From Mobula hypostoma (lineage: Eukaryota): a stretch of DNA of 64,000 nucleotides. Within the stretch, counting starts at the first letter, position 1, and each line of letters opens with the position of its first letter. The stretch is from assembly GCF_963921235.1 (NCBI RefSeq), contig NC_086097.1, positions 233,060,001 through 233,124,000 on the forward strand. The letters are read 5' to 3'. Made by a program: the position numbers and the translations under genes. Positions 13,282-26,670 of this stretch are shown one piece after another. Under the pieces are notes generated by a model. That model did no database searches and was not told the origin of the DNA. It saw only the letters and a list, made by a program, of their open reading frames with translations.

Positions 13282-13485
13282 TTAGTATTTGGTAGCATTG
13301 CCTTTAACATGTTTAACTTGGGTCGAACGCTTTGGATAGCCTTCCACAAGCTTCTCGCAGTAAGTTGCTGGAATTTTGTTCCATTCCTCCCGACAGAACT
13401 GGTGTAACTGAGTCAGGTTTGTAGGCCTCATTGCTCGCACACGCTTTCAGTTCTGTCTACAAATTTTATATCGGATTGAGGTCAG
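13282..13485 (-). pseudogene. Inverted copy of the Tc1 transposase C-terminus
   Basis: Minus strand encodes a decayed DLNPI...RPTNLTQLHQFCREEWNKIPATYCEKLVEGYPKRSTQVKHVKGNATKY* next to the left IR. Confidence 0.85.
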
Positions 13486-13495
13486 AAAATGATGT

Positions 13496-14353
<858 letters not shown>

Positions 14354-15078
14354 TAGTGATCCTAACTGACCTCTTCCTATAGATGCTGCTTGGCCTGCTG
14401 CATTCACCAGCAACTTTGATGTATGTTGACCTAAGACAGGGAATGTTTTCAAGGATTAAATGTCAGGAATTGTGAAAAACTGAGTTTAAATGTATTTGGC
14501 TAAAGTGTATGTAAACTTCTGACTTTCAACTGTTTATTGGCAGTGTAAATTTTCAGTTTGTGGATGCACCACCGAGCATGAAGATTAAGAAAAAACTATA
14601 TTTTTTAAATTTAAAGAGATTGGCATGCTTGTTTTTACTAAATTGCAGGTGTGAAAATGTGTGTGTGTGTACGTGTGTGTCCTTATGTGTACGTACAGTA
14701 TATACGTTCAACTTCCAGGTTTGACAAGTGGAGTAAATTGCTTGTTACACTGGAGAATTCCTTTAAAAGTTGGCCCCACATTGTTTACACTTTGCAACAC
14801 CTTAATGCACTGTTGAAGGGCAAGAGAAGATAATATGCAGAAGGTGGCTGATGGGATCAAGAGCAGTTTCCTTGGTATTCAGGTTCCAGATATTAGAAAT
14901 TTTCCTCCAGGGAGCCATGAGAGGTAAATAGGCACATCATTGGTTTCACCTTCGCAAAAAGATTGAGACTATTTAATGGTGCAAAAGTAAGCAGCCACGT
15001 GAATGAATTGGAAGTATAAGGAGGAGGGGTGGAATCTTATTGGCACTTTCTGAATATTGAAAGGCCTATATAGAGTGG

Positions 15079-15364
15079 GGAGAAGGAAAACATTGATCTC
15101 AAACCTCCGCTGCCTTGAAGCTATATCCACTTCAGGAGTAAATCCTGAGGGAAAATCTAGCAGTCCCACTGGCTGCCCCTGCGACGCTGCTGGTGTCAAA
15201 CTGTATCAGTCACTGCTGCTCCTTTTGATTCATCAGGTGCATAGAAGGGTGGAGATTGCTACCCGGGCAACAGCTTGTTCTCCATATTGTACTGCTTTGG
15301 CCTGCGTATCTAAGCAGCTAAGATGCAATATCCATGGTTGATCCTGAGCAATGGAGACCTCCTT
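15079..15364 (+). mobile_element. 5'-truncated RTE-derived non-autonomous element inside a CR1 3' fragment
   Basis: Similar to the 3' half of 50988-51578; flanking repeat ta(t/g)atagagtgg at 15067-15078 and 15365-15376; host CR1 continues to ~15705. Confidence 0.7.
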
Positions 15365-15792
15365 TAGATAGAGTGGACATGGAGAGGATGTTTCCTATAG
15401 CAGAGGATTCTAGGACCAGAGGGCACAACCTCAGAATAGAGGGACCTTCCCTTAGTACAGAGATGAGGAGGAATTTCTTTAGACAGAGGGTGGTGAATCT
15501 GTGGAATTCATTGCTACAGACAGCCGTGGAGGCTGTTATTCGGAGGTTGATAACTTCTTGACTAATAAGGCTGTCAAAGGTTACGGGAGAAGGAAGGAAA
15601 ATGGCTTTGAGAGGGATAATACATCAGCCATATTGGAATGGCAGAGCAGACTTGGTGGGCCAAACGGTTTAATTCTGCTCCAATGCCTTATGGTCTTATG
15701 GTCACTTGGTAATGTGACCAATCCAGAGTGAGACAGTGGCCTCAGTCTATTATTAATCCACACCAAAGGCAATTATGGTGGTCTTGCATGTT

Positions 15793-16033
15793 AGGGCAGC
15801 ATGGGAGCATAGCAGTTAGGGAAAAGCTATTGAACTTGGTTTCAGTTCTGCTGTTGTCTGTAAGGCAATTGTACGTTCTCCCTGTGAGCGTGGTTTCGTC
15901 TAGGTGATCTGGCTTTCTCCCATATTCCACGGAAGTACGATTCAGTAGTTTAATTGATCACATTGGTGTAATTGGGGAGCGCAGGCTCATTGGCTGTTAG
16001 GGCCTGTCGCTGTGCTCTAACTCTAAATAAATA
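15793..16033 (+). mobile_element. V-domain SINE (degenerate)
   Basis: gtacgttctccctgtgagcgtggtttcgtctaggtgatctggctttctccca, tail ctctaaataaataaa. Confidence 0.7.
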
Positions 16034-16147
16034 AAATAATGAGAAAATAATATAACAATGACACACATAGTTGAATAAATGACTAAGGATTGAGGATGAA
16101 TCCAAATCAGTCATTAGCATTGTCCAAAGACTTGGTTTTATTGAGCA

Positions 16148-18165
16148 ATGTACACAAAATGCTGGAGGAACTCAGCAGGCCAGGCAGCAGCTCTGGGGGG
16201 AAAATATGCAGTCGATGTTTTGGGCCGTAACCCTTCAGCAGGACTGGAGAGAAAAAGCTGAGGAGTAGATTTGAAGGGTGGGGGGAGGGGAGAGAAAGGC
16301 CAGGTGATGGGAGAACTTTGGAGGGGGAGGGATGAAGCAGAGAGCTAGGAAGTTGATTGGTGAAGGAGACAGCAGGCCGTGGAAGAAAGAAGAAAAGACG
16401 GGGGGAAGCATCACCAGAGGGAGGCGATGGGCAGGCAAGGCAGTAACATGAGAGAGGGAAAAGGGGATGGGAAATAATGAAGTGGGGCTGGGAAGTGTTA
16501 CTGGAAGTTTGAGAAATCAATGTTTATGCCATCAGGTTGGAGGCTACCCAAACAGAATATAAGGTGTTATTCCTCCATCCTAAGTGTGGCCTTAATCCTG
16601 ACAGTGGAGGAGGCCATGGGTGGACAATTTGGAATGGGAATGCGAAGTGGAATTAAAATGGGTGCCCACTGGGAGATCCCACTTGTTATGGCGGACGGAG
16701 CGTAAACGCTCGGCAAAGCGGTCTCCTGATCTACCTCAGGCGGGTCTCACCGATATACAGGAGGCCACACTGGGAGCACTGAACAGAGTATATGACCCCA
16801 ACAGACTCACAGTTGGAGTGTTGCCTCACCTGGAAGGACTGTTTCGGGCCCTGAATGGTAGTGAGGGAGGAGGTGTAGTGGGCAGGAGTAGCACTTGTTC
16901 TGCTTGCAAGGATAAGTACCAGGAAGGAGGTTAGTGGGGATGGATGGATGGACAAGGGAGTTGCATAGGGAGCGATCCCTGCGGAAAGCAGAAAGTGGAG
17001 GTGAGAGAGAAAGTTGTGCTTGGTGATGGGATCTCATTGGAGGTGGCAGAAGTTTCGGGGAATTATGTGCTGGATGCGGAGGCTGGTGGGGTAGAAGGTG
17101 AGGTCAAGAGAAACCCTATCCCTGGTAGGGTCGCAGGAGGATGGGGTAAGAGCAGACATGCATGAAATGGAAGAGATGCGGTTGAGGGCAGAGTTCATGG
17201 TGGAGGAAGGTAAGCCCCTTTCTGAAAAAGGAGGACATCACCTTCGTTCTAGTATGAAAAGCTTCATCATGAGACCATATGTGGTGGAAATGGAGAATTG
17301 AGAGAAGGGGATGGCATTTTTTATAAGTAACAGAGTAGGAAAAGGAATAGTCCAGGTAGCTGTGAGAGTCCGTTGGTTTATAATATCACTGGTGGATAAG
17401 CTGTCTCCAGAGATGGAGACAATGAGATCAAGAAAAGGGAAGGGAAGTGTCAGAAATAGACCAGGTGAATCTGAGGGCAGGATAGAAGTTGGAGGCAAAG
17501 TGGATGAAATCAACAAGTTTAACATGGGTGCAAGAAGCAGCACCAATGCAGTCATCGATGTAGCTTAGGAGAAGTGCGGGACGGTCATCAGTGTGGGCTT
17601 TTCCATGTAGCCAACAAACAGGCAGCCACAGCTGGGTCCCATGCGAGTGCCCATGGCTACCCCTTTTGTTTGAAGGAAGTGGGAGGAGCCAAAGGAGGAT
17701 TTATTTAGAGTGAGGACAAGTTCCGCTAGGCGGAGGAGAGTGGTGGTGGAGGGGACCTGGTTGAATCTGGTGCCCAGAAAGAAGCTGAAAGCTTTGAGGC
17801 CTTCCTGGTGGGGGATAGAGGTATCCGTCCATCTTCTTGCTTGCCCATCGCCTCCCTCTGGTGCTCCTCTTCCCCCTTTTTACTTTCTTCCATGGTCTTC
17901 TGTCTCTTTCACCAATCAGCTTCCTAGCTGTTTGCTTCATCCCTCCCCCTCCAACTTTCACCTATTACCTGGTGTTTCCCTCTCCCCTTCCCCCACCTTT
18001 CAAATCTACTCCTCAGCTTTTTCTCTCCAGTCCTGCTTGAAGGGTTTCAGCCTGAAATGTCGACTGCACTTTTTTCCATACATGCTGCCTGGCCTGCTGA
18101 GTTCCTCCAGCATTTTGTATGTGTTACTTGAATTTCCAGCATCTGCAGATTTTCTCTTGTTTGGT
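16148..18165 (-). mobile_element. Penelope-like retroelement (RT plus GIY-YIG) with inverted 3' copy at 17830-18165
   Basis: Minus strand VIYSVQCSQCGLLYIGET (GIY-YIG), KGVAMGTRMGPS and YIDD (RT); terminal module at both ends in opposite orientation. Confidence 0.88.
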
Positions 18166-19983
18166 TTTATTGAATTTGGTACTGCCTAAGTTTCTTCTTT
18201 GTCTGATGTCCCAATGGTCATTGGAGCCCAAATATGTTAGATTAAGTGCTCATAGTCTAATTGGCACTAATATACACACCTACTTAAATATTGTTTCAAT
18301 TATAGTGTACCTGCTGTATTAGAGTGTTTAAGAAATTAAAGTCCCAGCTATTGAATGCAATAGTTACAGGTGTAGAAGGGCAAGATTCGGTAATGGAAAG
18401 GAAAAGTTAATTACTTTTATAATGTATAATCTTATTCATTATGTATTTGCAAAATCAAAAGGAAAACTGCTGGAAGATGCATGCTGTTGGGGAAGTGGAC
18501 TAGTAACATGATAATGTTGAGGTTAACACAATCGTTTTTCAGCACCAGCAATTAACGATTGGGATTCAACTTTACCACTGTCTGTAAGGAGTTTGTACGT
18601 TCATTGCAAAAACATACGGTTATGGTTCGTGACTTGTGCTAGAAGCACAGTGGCTCTTCAGAGTTGCCCCAGCACAATCCTTGCAAAGTCTTGGTCGTTA
18701 ATGCAAACAACTCATTTCACTATAAGTTCCGATTGACATGTGACAAATAAAGCTAATCTTTATCTTGAACAGGAAAAGCAAAAGATATGCAAAGAGTGCA
18801 AACAGTCCCTATCCTAGCAACTGCAGGTTATGTTGGTTGCAACACAATGACAATGCATCAGGAAGACAAGTGATGATGTCATTTGACTTCTGATTGAACA
18901 TTACTGCTGAGGAGGATGAAGAGAGATTTATCTGAGGTATTTAAAATTCTGAACATTCTTTAGAGAGTGAATAAAAGGGCCTCCTGTTTTCTGAAGCAGA
19001 GAGGTCAATAACTGAGTTGCCTATATTTACAAAATCAAAAATACCTACTGATGCTGAATTAAAACAGAAAATATTGGAAAGAGAAACAGAATTAATATTT
19101 CTGTTTGACAATCCAGCAGAAAGTGTTGGGAAAAAATAAGTTAGTTTTAGATTGCAAAGAAGAAGAGGGAGAGAAGAATATGACAAAGGAAATATCTTTC
19201 ATAAATTAAAACAATCCCTCTTATTCTAACCAATCTTCTCTAAACATGCAGCACTCTATTCACTAAGGGTGGTGCTGTTATGGTTTGCTGAATTGATCAC
19301 TAACTCACAGAGACAAAATATCAGTGCTCTTCAAGCCTTTCTCTGGATGTCATGACTGAATATCAGAAAAATGTCTTCTTGTTACCGGCCTAATTTTCTT
19401 TGGGAGATGTTCCACATTCTTGAATATTATTCTCCCCCAAAACTACACAGCTCGTATGTGCCACCTTCCCAAAATCCACAAGTAGAATTGTCTCTCTTTT
19501 CAGTCTGCTCTTGCCCTAGACAACTTTTTTTTCTCTTATTTTGATTCATTCTTTTTCCCTTAGTTTAGTCCCAACCCCTTGACATCCGTGGTGTTTCTGA
19601 TGTTCTCTGACACTTTAACAGTTTCAAGTTGCCTACTTCCATATAGTTCATCCTCAGCATCAATGCTCATCCCTGCATACCTCCAGCCCACACCAGGATA
19701 ACTTGAGAACTCTCTTTCTCCTTTGAACAGAAACCCAACCAATTCCTCTCTACCTACACACCCACATGGCTTAACTGGTCCTCAGACCGAAGAACTCCTC
19801 AGCTCCACTAGCCTGATGTAGATCAAAAGGGCAACTATGGTAATTCGTTTTGCCTTTGGAATTTAATGCAGACAAATGTGAGGTGTAGCACTTTGAGAGG
19901 AAAAACCAGGGTAGGACTTACACAGAGCACTGAGGAATGCAGTAGAACAGAGGGATCTGGGTAGAACGTCTGCTTTAAATATA

Positions 19984-20360
19984 CAAAACATGAGGAAATC
20001 TGCAGATGCTGGAAATTCAAGCAACACACACAAAATGCTGGTGGAACGTAGCAGGCCAGACAGCATCCACAGGAAGAAGCACAGTCGACGTTTCGGGCCC
20101 AGACCCTTCGTCAGGACTAACTGAAAGAAGAGATGGTATGAGATTTGAAAGTGGGAGGGGTAGGGGAGATCTGAAATGATAGGAGAAGACAGGAGGGGGA
20201 GGGATAGAGCTAAGAGCTGGAAAGTTGATTGGCAAAAGGGATACAAGGTTGGAGAAGGGAGAGGATCATGGGACGGGAGGCCTCAGGAGAAAGAAAGGGG
20301 GAGGGGAGCTCAGAGGAAGATGGAGAGCAGGCAAGGACTTATTATGAGAGGGACACAGAG

Positions 20361-20398
<38 letters not shown>

Positions 20399-21170
20399 AT
20401 AAATAAATAAATAAGGGATGGGGTAAGAAGGGGAGGAGGGGCATTAACGGAATTTAGAGAAGTCAATGTTCATGTCATCAGGTTGGAGGCTAACCAGACG
20501 GAATATAAGGTGTTGTTCCTCCAACCTGAGTGTGGCCTCATCTTGACAGTAGAGGAGGCCGTGGATAGACATAACAGAATGGGAATGGAACGTGGAATTA
20601 AAATGTGTGGCCACTGAAAGATCCTGCTTTCTCTGGCGGACAGAGTGTAGGTGTTCAGCGAAACAGTCTCCCAGTCTGTGTCGGGTCTCGCCAATGTATA
20701 GAAGGCCACACCGGGAGGACCAGATGCAGTATATCACACCAGCCAACTCACAGGTGAAGTGTCACCTCACCTGGAAGGACTGTCTGGGGCCCTGAATGGT
20801 GGTGAGGGAGGAAGTGTAAGGGCATGTGTAGCACTTGTTCCGCTTACAAGGATAAGTGCTGGGAGGGAGATAGGTGGGAAGGGATGGGGAGGACAAATGG
20901 GCAAGGGAATTGCGTAGGGAGCGATCCCTGTGGAAAGCAGAAGGGGGGGGGAGGGAAAGATGTGCTTGGTGGTGGGATCCTGTTGGAGGTGGCAGAAGTT
21001 AGTGAGAATTGTATATTGCACCCGGAGGCTGGTGGGGTGGTAGGTGAGGACAAGGGGAACCCTATTCCTAGTGGGGTGGTGGGAGGATGGGGGTGAGAGC
21101 AGATGTACGTGAAACGGGAGAGATGCGTTTGAGAGCAGAGTTGATGGTGGAGGAAGGGAAGCCCCTTGTG
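19984..21170 (-). mobile_element. Penelope-like retroelement 3' portion (GIY-YIG, UTR, terminal module)
   Basis: GVIYCIWSSRCGLLYIGETRHRLGDCFAEH...EEQHLIFRL; taaatata at 19976-19983 and 21171-21178; splits a minus-strand CR1 fragment. Confidence 0.9.
20082..20119 (-). ncRNA. Minimal type I hammerhead ribozyme motif (intact core)
   Basis: Minus RNA UAGUC-CUGACGA-A-GGGU(CUGG)GCCC-GAAA-CG-UC^GACUG: stem I AGUC/GACU, loopless palindromic stem III (ACGU), GUC site; predicted cut at 20087/20086. Confidence 0.75.
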
Positions 21171-21770
21171 TAAATATATACAATGACTTCGCCTCCACGG
21201 CTTTCTGTGGAAATGAATTCAACAGATTCATTGCTCTCTGGCTGAAGAATTTCTTCCTCATCTCTGTTCTAAGTGGACATCCCTCTATTCTGAGGCTGTA
21301 CCCTCTGGTTTTAGAATCATCCACTATTGGAAACGACCTCTCCACATCTACTCTATATAAGCCTTTCAATACTCGATAGGTTTCATGAGATTCCTCTTCA
21401 TTTTTGCAAACTCCAGTGAGTCCAGGCCCAGAGCCATCAAACCAGAAGCTGTTAAGAAAAACGTTCTCATAGGCATTGTACAAATTCCCTCTCTTGGGAT
21501 CCAGCACCAACCAGATTTTTTCAATCTATCTGCAAATTGAAATCCCCCATGTCTATTGTAACTTTGCCCTTTTCTCATGCCTTTTCTATCTCCCATTGTA
21601 ATTTGTACCCCACATCCTGGCTGCTGTTCAGATGTCTGTAGATAACTCCCATCAGGGTCTTTTTACCCTCACAGTTTCTTAACTCCACCCACAAGGGTTC
21701 TACATTTTTCAATCCTATGTCACATCTTTTGAAGAATTTGATTTCTTTTTTTTAACCAACAGAACCTATG
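21171..21770 (-). mobile_element. CR1 fragments (ORF2 3' end and endonuclease part)
   Basis: YRVLKGLYRVDVERSFP..TRGYSLRIEG..RAMNLLNS, then APE-region DNA. Confidence 0.75.
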
Positions 21771-22341
21771 CATTTGCTTCATCTCTTATGCTTAATTGGA
21801 AATATGGCATCAATATACAATCAATAGAAGCTATTAATAATTTTATTTTGCTAGAATTGGATTATTGTTAATTTAGAATTAGTTGTACAAGAGTCTTGCA
21901 TAAGATTTGATGTGCTACATTTAGCAGCTCACATATTGAGTCAATAACATTTCTGAATCAAGTGCCATGCTTTCCTGATGAATTCAAAAGGCCACTTCAG
22001 TAAAGAACATAGAACATAGAATAGTACAGCACAGTACAGGCCCTTCGGTCCACAATGTTGTGCCGAGAAGGGTGGATTCATGTGGACATGTCAGCAAGTG
22101 GCCATCAAAGTGCTATCAAGTCCCAGACTTACACACAGCCACTGGAAAGCAAAGTCCAGAGTTAGGTGACCAATTTATGTGTTAGAGTTTACTCCGTCAG
22201 TGGGTTCATGGAAGTCTGTCTATAGGTCCAGTCTTGTGAGGCTTTTGGGTGTTACAGCATAATGCAGGGAAATTGCCGTTGCATTATGCTGGATCCAAAC
22301 TCGGATTGACTTCAAAGCCTAATAGTTATAGTCCATAGCAA

Positions 22342-22675
22342 AACACACATACAAAATGCTGGAGGAACTCAGCAGGTCAGGTGGCATCTATGGAAGTGAA
22401 TAACAGTTGATGTTTCAGGCCGAGGTCCTTCTCCAGGTTTGCAAAAGAAGAGGGAAGATGCCAGAATAAAAAAGGTGGGAATGAGGACTCACTGGAAGGT
22501 GATAGGTGAAGCCAGGTAGGTGGGAAAGGTAAAGGGCTGGGGAAGAAGAAGGGTCTTGGCTCAAAACATCGACTGTTTATATGTTTCCATAGATGCTGCT
22601 TGGCCTGCTGGGTTCCTCCAGCATTTAGAGTGTATTGCTTTGGATTTTCAATATCTACAGAATTTCTCATGTTTA
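22342..22675. mobile_element. Head-to-head pair of Penelope 3' terminal modules (fold-back mini-element)
   Basis: Minus module 22342-22440 with UTR to ~22545, then plus module ~22546-22675. Confidence 0.75.
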
Positions 22676-23803
22676 TTTATAGTCCATTTCTTTTGCCTTG
22701 AGAACACTCCCAAAATGTATAGTTTTACATTTTTAGACTTATTCACAACCATCATGTTACATTCTTAAACTAAAATGAATGGGTGACATTTACTAGTGAT
22801 CCAAGTTTTATGATGGGAAAGTATTTTTTCTCTCTATTTAGCCATTCAGGGCTTTTTTTTTAAAGTAGATTTTAAATTTCTTAGTGGTTAAATATAAAAA
22901 AAATCCAGCCTTTAAGTTTCACAATACTTGAAGATGTAACCACTATAGTTAACTAATTAAATGCCTCTCATCTCAGCTATCCAATTCTGCTTTAGTTATC
23001 AGTTAACACGATCTTGTAAATACATAACTATTAAAGGTACATTACCTGAGGTCTAATTTCATTAAGAGTTTTGCAGTGAGCTAAAATTACTCATGGAAAA
23101 TCTTTTAAAGGCTATATCAAGAAATGTTCCTGTAGTAATGGAATCTGAAGTGGTAAATACTTGCAATTTAAGGATACAAAGTGCTTAGTTATTCAGAAAA
23201 CTACAGTTTTGAGTTAAAAAGATTTATTGTAAAATAAATTTAAGATAATGTTTTATTAGACACTCACCAATCATTGCATTACAATAAACTCACATGAGAT
23301 TGAACAGTTACCTTCAGATAATTTCATATAAAGAAGTGCTGCTTGCAGAGATGTGGAGCGATGCCAGGATAACTCTGCTGACCGGAAACCTTCAGCCAGC
23401 ATCCGGCTTTTGTTCTGGTTTTTGTTCTAGTGAAACATTTAGGAGTTTTAACGACACCTGATAAACACATGTAGGCAGTATATGCTGGAAAAAAAGCACT
23501 TTATAGTGAAACCTCTAAATTGGTCAATTAAACAATTTGGTAATCTGGAATTTATCAGGTCTTGAGACTTTCCCTTTACTGCTACTAATGTAGCTTTCTC
23601 TAAACAAGAGTGATTAATTTCATGAATGTAAGCTGCTAATCTGCAATGTTGCTGCATTTAGCTTCATTACATAGAATTACACAAGAACCACACAACCACA
23701 GATTTGCATAAGTATTACATAGAACTTTAGCACAGATGTCTCTGTTTGTCCTAACAGAATATCATTTTCCTGTCATACATTGCTTTTGGATGTAGCTACT
23801 CAC

Positions 23804-23812
23804 CCGTGCAAT
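23804..23812 (-). other. Candidate 9-nt microexon (ATTGCACGG) of an unidentified host gene
   Basis: Minus strand cactgac branch point, gcttttctttaatttttgcag|attgcacgg|gtgagt. Confidence 0.55.
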
Positions 23813-23864
23813 CTGCAAAAATTAAAGAAAAGCTATTGTGTCAGTGTAAATAAAATAAAGTAAT

Positions 23865-24490
23865 TTAGATTAGATTATGAGGACACGCAGTCCTCTTTTA
23901 TTGTCATTTAGTAATGCATGCATTAAGAAATGATACAATATTCCTCCGGTGTGATATCACAGAAACACAGGACAGACCAAGACTGAAAAACTAACAAAAA
24001 CCACATAATTATAACACATAATTGCAACAGTGCAACAATACCATAACTTGATGAAGAACAGACCACGGCACAATAAAAAAAGTTCAAAGTCTCTCGAATG
24101 TCCCACATCTCATGCAGACGGGAGAAGGAAGAAAACTCCCCCTGCCATGCCCGACCACAGTCTGACTCTGAGTCGTCCGAAAACTTCGAGCTCGGATCAG
24201 CCCTCTGACACCGAGTACTGAGCACCATCTCTATCCGAACGCTTCGACCTCAGCCTCGGTTGCCAGCAGCAGGCAAAGCCGGGGATTTTGGGGCCTTCCC
24301 TCCGGAGATTCTCGATCGCACAGTAGCAGTGGCAGCGAACCGGGCATTTCAGAAATTTCTCCAGATGTTCCTCTGCTTCTCACGTCTGTCTCCATCAAAT
24401 CAGAATTGTGCACGGCATCCTACTTACAAATACGATATAATTTCACCGGAGAGGCTACGCGCACTGCGTTGCGCCGCCATCTTCTCCTCC
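23865..24490 (-). mobile_element. ~625-bp non-autonomous retroelement family, copy 1 (full length)
   Basis: Starts ggaggagaagatggcggcgc, ends aataaaagaggactgcgtgtcctcataatctaatctaa; homologous to 55372-56023 and 56966-57387. Confidence 0.8.
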
Positions 24491-24644
24491 CGCCTCATCA
24501 CAAAAACATTTGTCATGAATGTGTTTTAAGGTTAAACTACAGTTCTCGTGTGTATGTTGTCTAAATACATCTGAATATGAAAAGGGCCAGTCTAAATCGA
24601 GCCTGGGTTGCTGATGGTAAAGTGCAGCAGATCCACAGCTGAAT

Positions 24645-25340
24645 GAACCATAAGACCACAAGACATACGAGCAGAATTAGGCCATTCGGCCCATCAAATC
24701 TGCTTCACCATTCCTTCATGGCTGATTTACTATACCTCTTAAACCCATTCTCTTGCCTTCTCCCTGTAACCTAGCATGCCCTTACTTCTCAAGAACATAT
24801 GAACATCTGCTTTAAATATACCCAATGACTTGGCCTCCACAGCTGTCAGTGGCAATGAATTCCACAAATTCACCATCCTCTGGCTAAAGAAATTCCTCCT
24901 CATCTGTGTTCTAAAGCGACATCCTTCTATTCTGAGCTTGTGCCCTCTGGTTCTAGACTGACCCACTAGAGGAAACATTCTTTCCGCATCCACTCTATCT
25001 AGGCTATTTAATATTCGATAGATTTCAAGGAGATCCTCTTTCATTCTTCTAAACTCCATCAAGAACAGGCCCAGAGCCATCAAGCACTCCTCATACATTA
25101 ACCCTTTTATTTCCAGGATCATTCAAGCAAACCTCTTCTGGACCCTTTCCAATGTCAGCATATCCTTTCTTAGATAAGGGGCTCTGAACTGCTCACAATA
25201 CTACAAGTGCAGTCTGACTAATGCCTTATACAGCCTCAGCATTAACATCCTTGCTTTTATTTTCTAGTCCGCTCAAAATGAATGTTAACTTTGCATTGGC
25301 TATCCTTACTTAACCTACAAGTTAATTTTTAGGGACCCTA
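24645..25340 (-). mobile_element. CR1 LINE 3' fragment
   Basis: ORF 24739-25122 ..SRTRGHKLRIEG..RNFFSQRMVNLWNSLP plus UTR. Confidence 0.85.
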
Positions 25341-26670
25341 ATGGGTTTTATATATTGTCAGCTAATTGCTAACTTCTGGTCAATAAAGACAATGGAAAAG
25401 CATTACACAATGCAAAACTTGTAAAAGTGTCACTTCAAACTTACCAAGGTCAATTTCGACACAGAATGAGTTCATTGAGCAACTTATCCAAGGAATGGGT
25501 AGTAAGGTAATCCAGAATTGGTTTTTATTGAAGCCAGCTGGAATGATGTCAAGTTGGGGTGATATATTGGACAAAGTGGGGTCCAGTTAGTGTTATCATT
25601 TAGATTTCACTAAGAATTCTCCTGAACACAAAGGAAACCTAATGGTAAATATTTTTGCATTTACTGAGTTCATTTCCAGATATTCCTGACGTTTACAAGG
25701 AGGGATACACAAGAAAGCAACATCCTTCATCTAAGACCCCTCCGTCATCCAGGCCATCATCCTCCCTTCTTGCTGCTATCATTTGGAAGGAGATACAGGA
25801 GCCTTAGCTGAGGTCCCACACCACATGGTTGAAGAATAGTTGTTACTGTTCAACCAACAGGCTCCTTGATCAGCATTGATAACACACTCACCTCAAGTCC
25901 AAGCTTATTTCACAACCTATGGACTCTGCAACTCATGAAGTGTTTGTTTGTTGATTTGTTGGTATTTTCAGTTCACCTTCTTTTGCAGATTTGTTGTTTG
26001 TCATTTTTTTTCTTTGTTTTTCTTTGATTCTGTTGTATTTCTTTGTTCTATTGTGAATACCTGCAAGAACTTCAATTTCAGGGTAGTGTATAGTGACATT
26101 GAACTCGTATATATCTACTTTGAACTTTGAGCTGTTCTGCAGCACCATATATTTGTTCTTCAGAAGGTTACAAAGCATACTGGCTCCAAAATATTAGCAA
26201 AAATTGTACAGTTGTATGCACTGATAATATTATTGCCTCAATAACTTAGTCAAGGGCACAGGCTAAAGAGCGACAAACCTCTTCAAAGTCCCATGTGATA
26301 GCCACTGTTTTCCAGATCTCTATTTTGGCATCATGGTACATATTTTGGATGTGCTTGTGGATCATTCAGGAGCAACTTTTATGTTTTATTTGGAACATTA
26401 AGGAGATTCAGAATGCCACAAACACTCCAAGAAACATCTGCAGGTGCACAGTCGAAAGTACACAGACTCGTTGTATCAAAGACTAGAATCATGCAATTCA
26501 AATGTTCAGGAACTTAACCAGCCAAGCAGAGTAATGAACTCTGCCCAATACATCATGGGCACATCCCTCCCCACATGTGTAACGTCTACAGGAGGTGCTG
26601 CCTGAAGAAGGAAGCATCTGTTATCAAAATTCCCCTCCTTCCAGGCCATGCCACCTTTTCACCAACAGGT

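Noticed and set aside
18773..18827. Plus-strand AG...GT mini-exon
   Set aside because: The acceptor lies in a SINE tail and the donor is weak.
20362..20412. (GA)n and (AAAT)n microsatellites
   Set aside because: Ordinary simple repeats within the Penelope UTR.
20767..21510. 247-aa minus-strand ORF
   Set aside because: Chimeric frame across CR1 and Penelope fragments.
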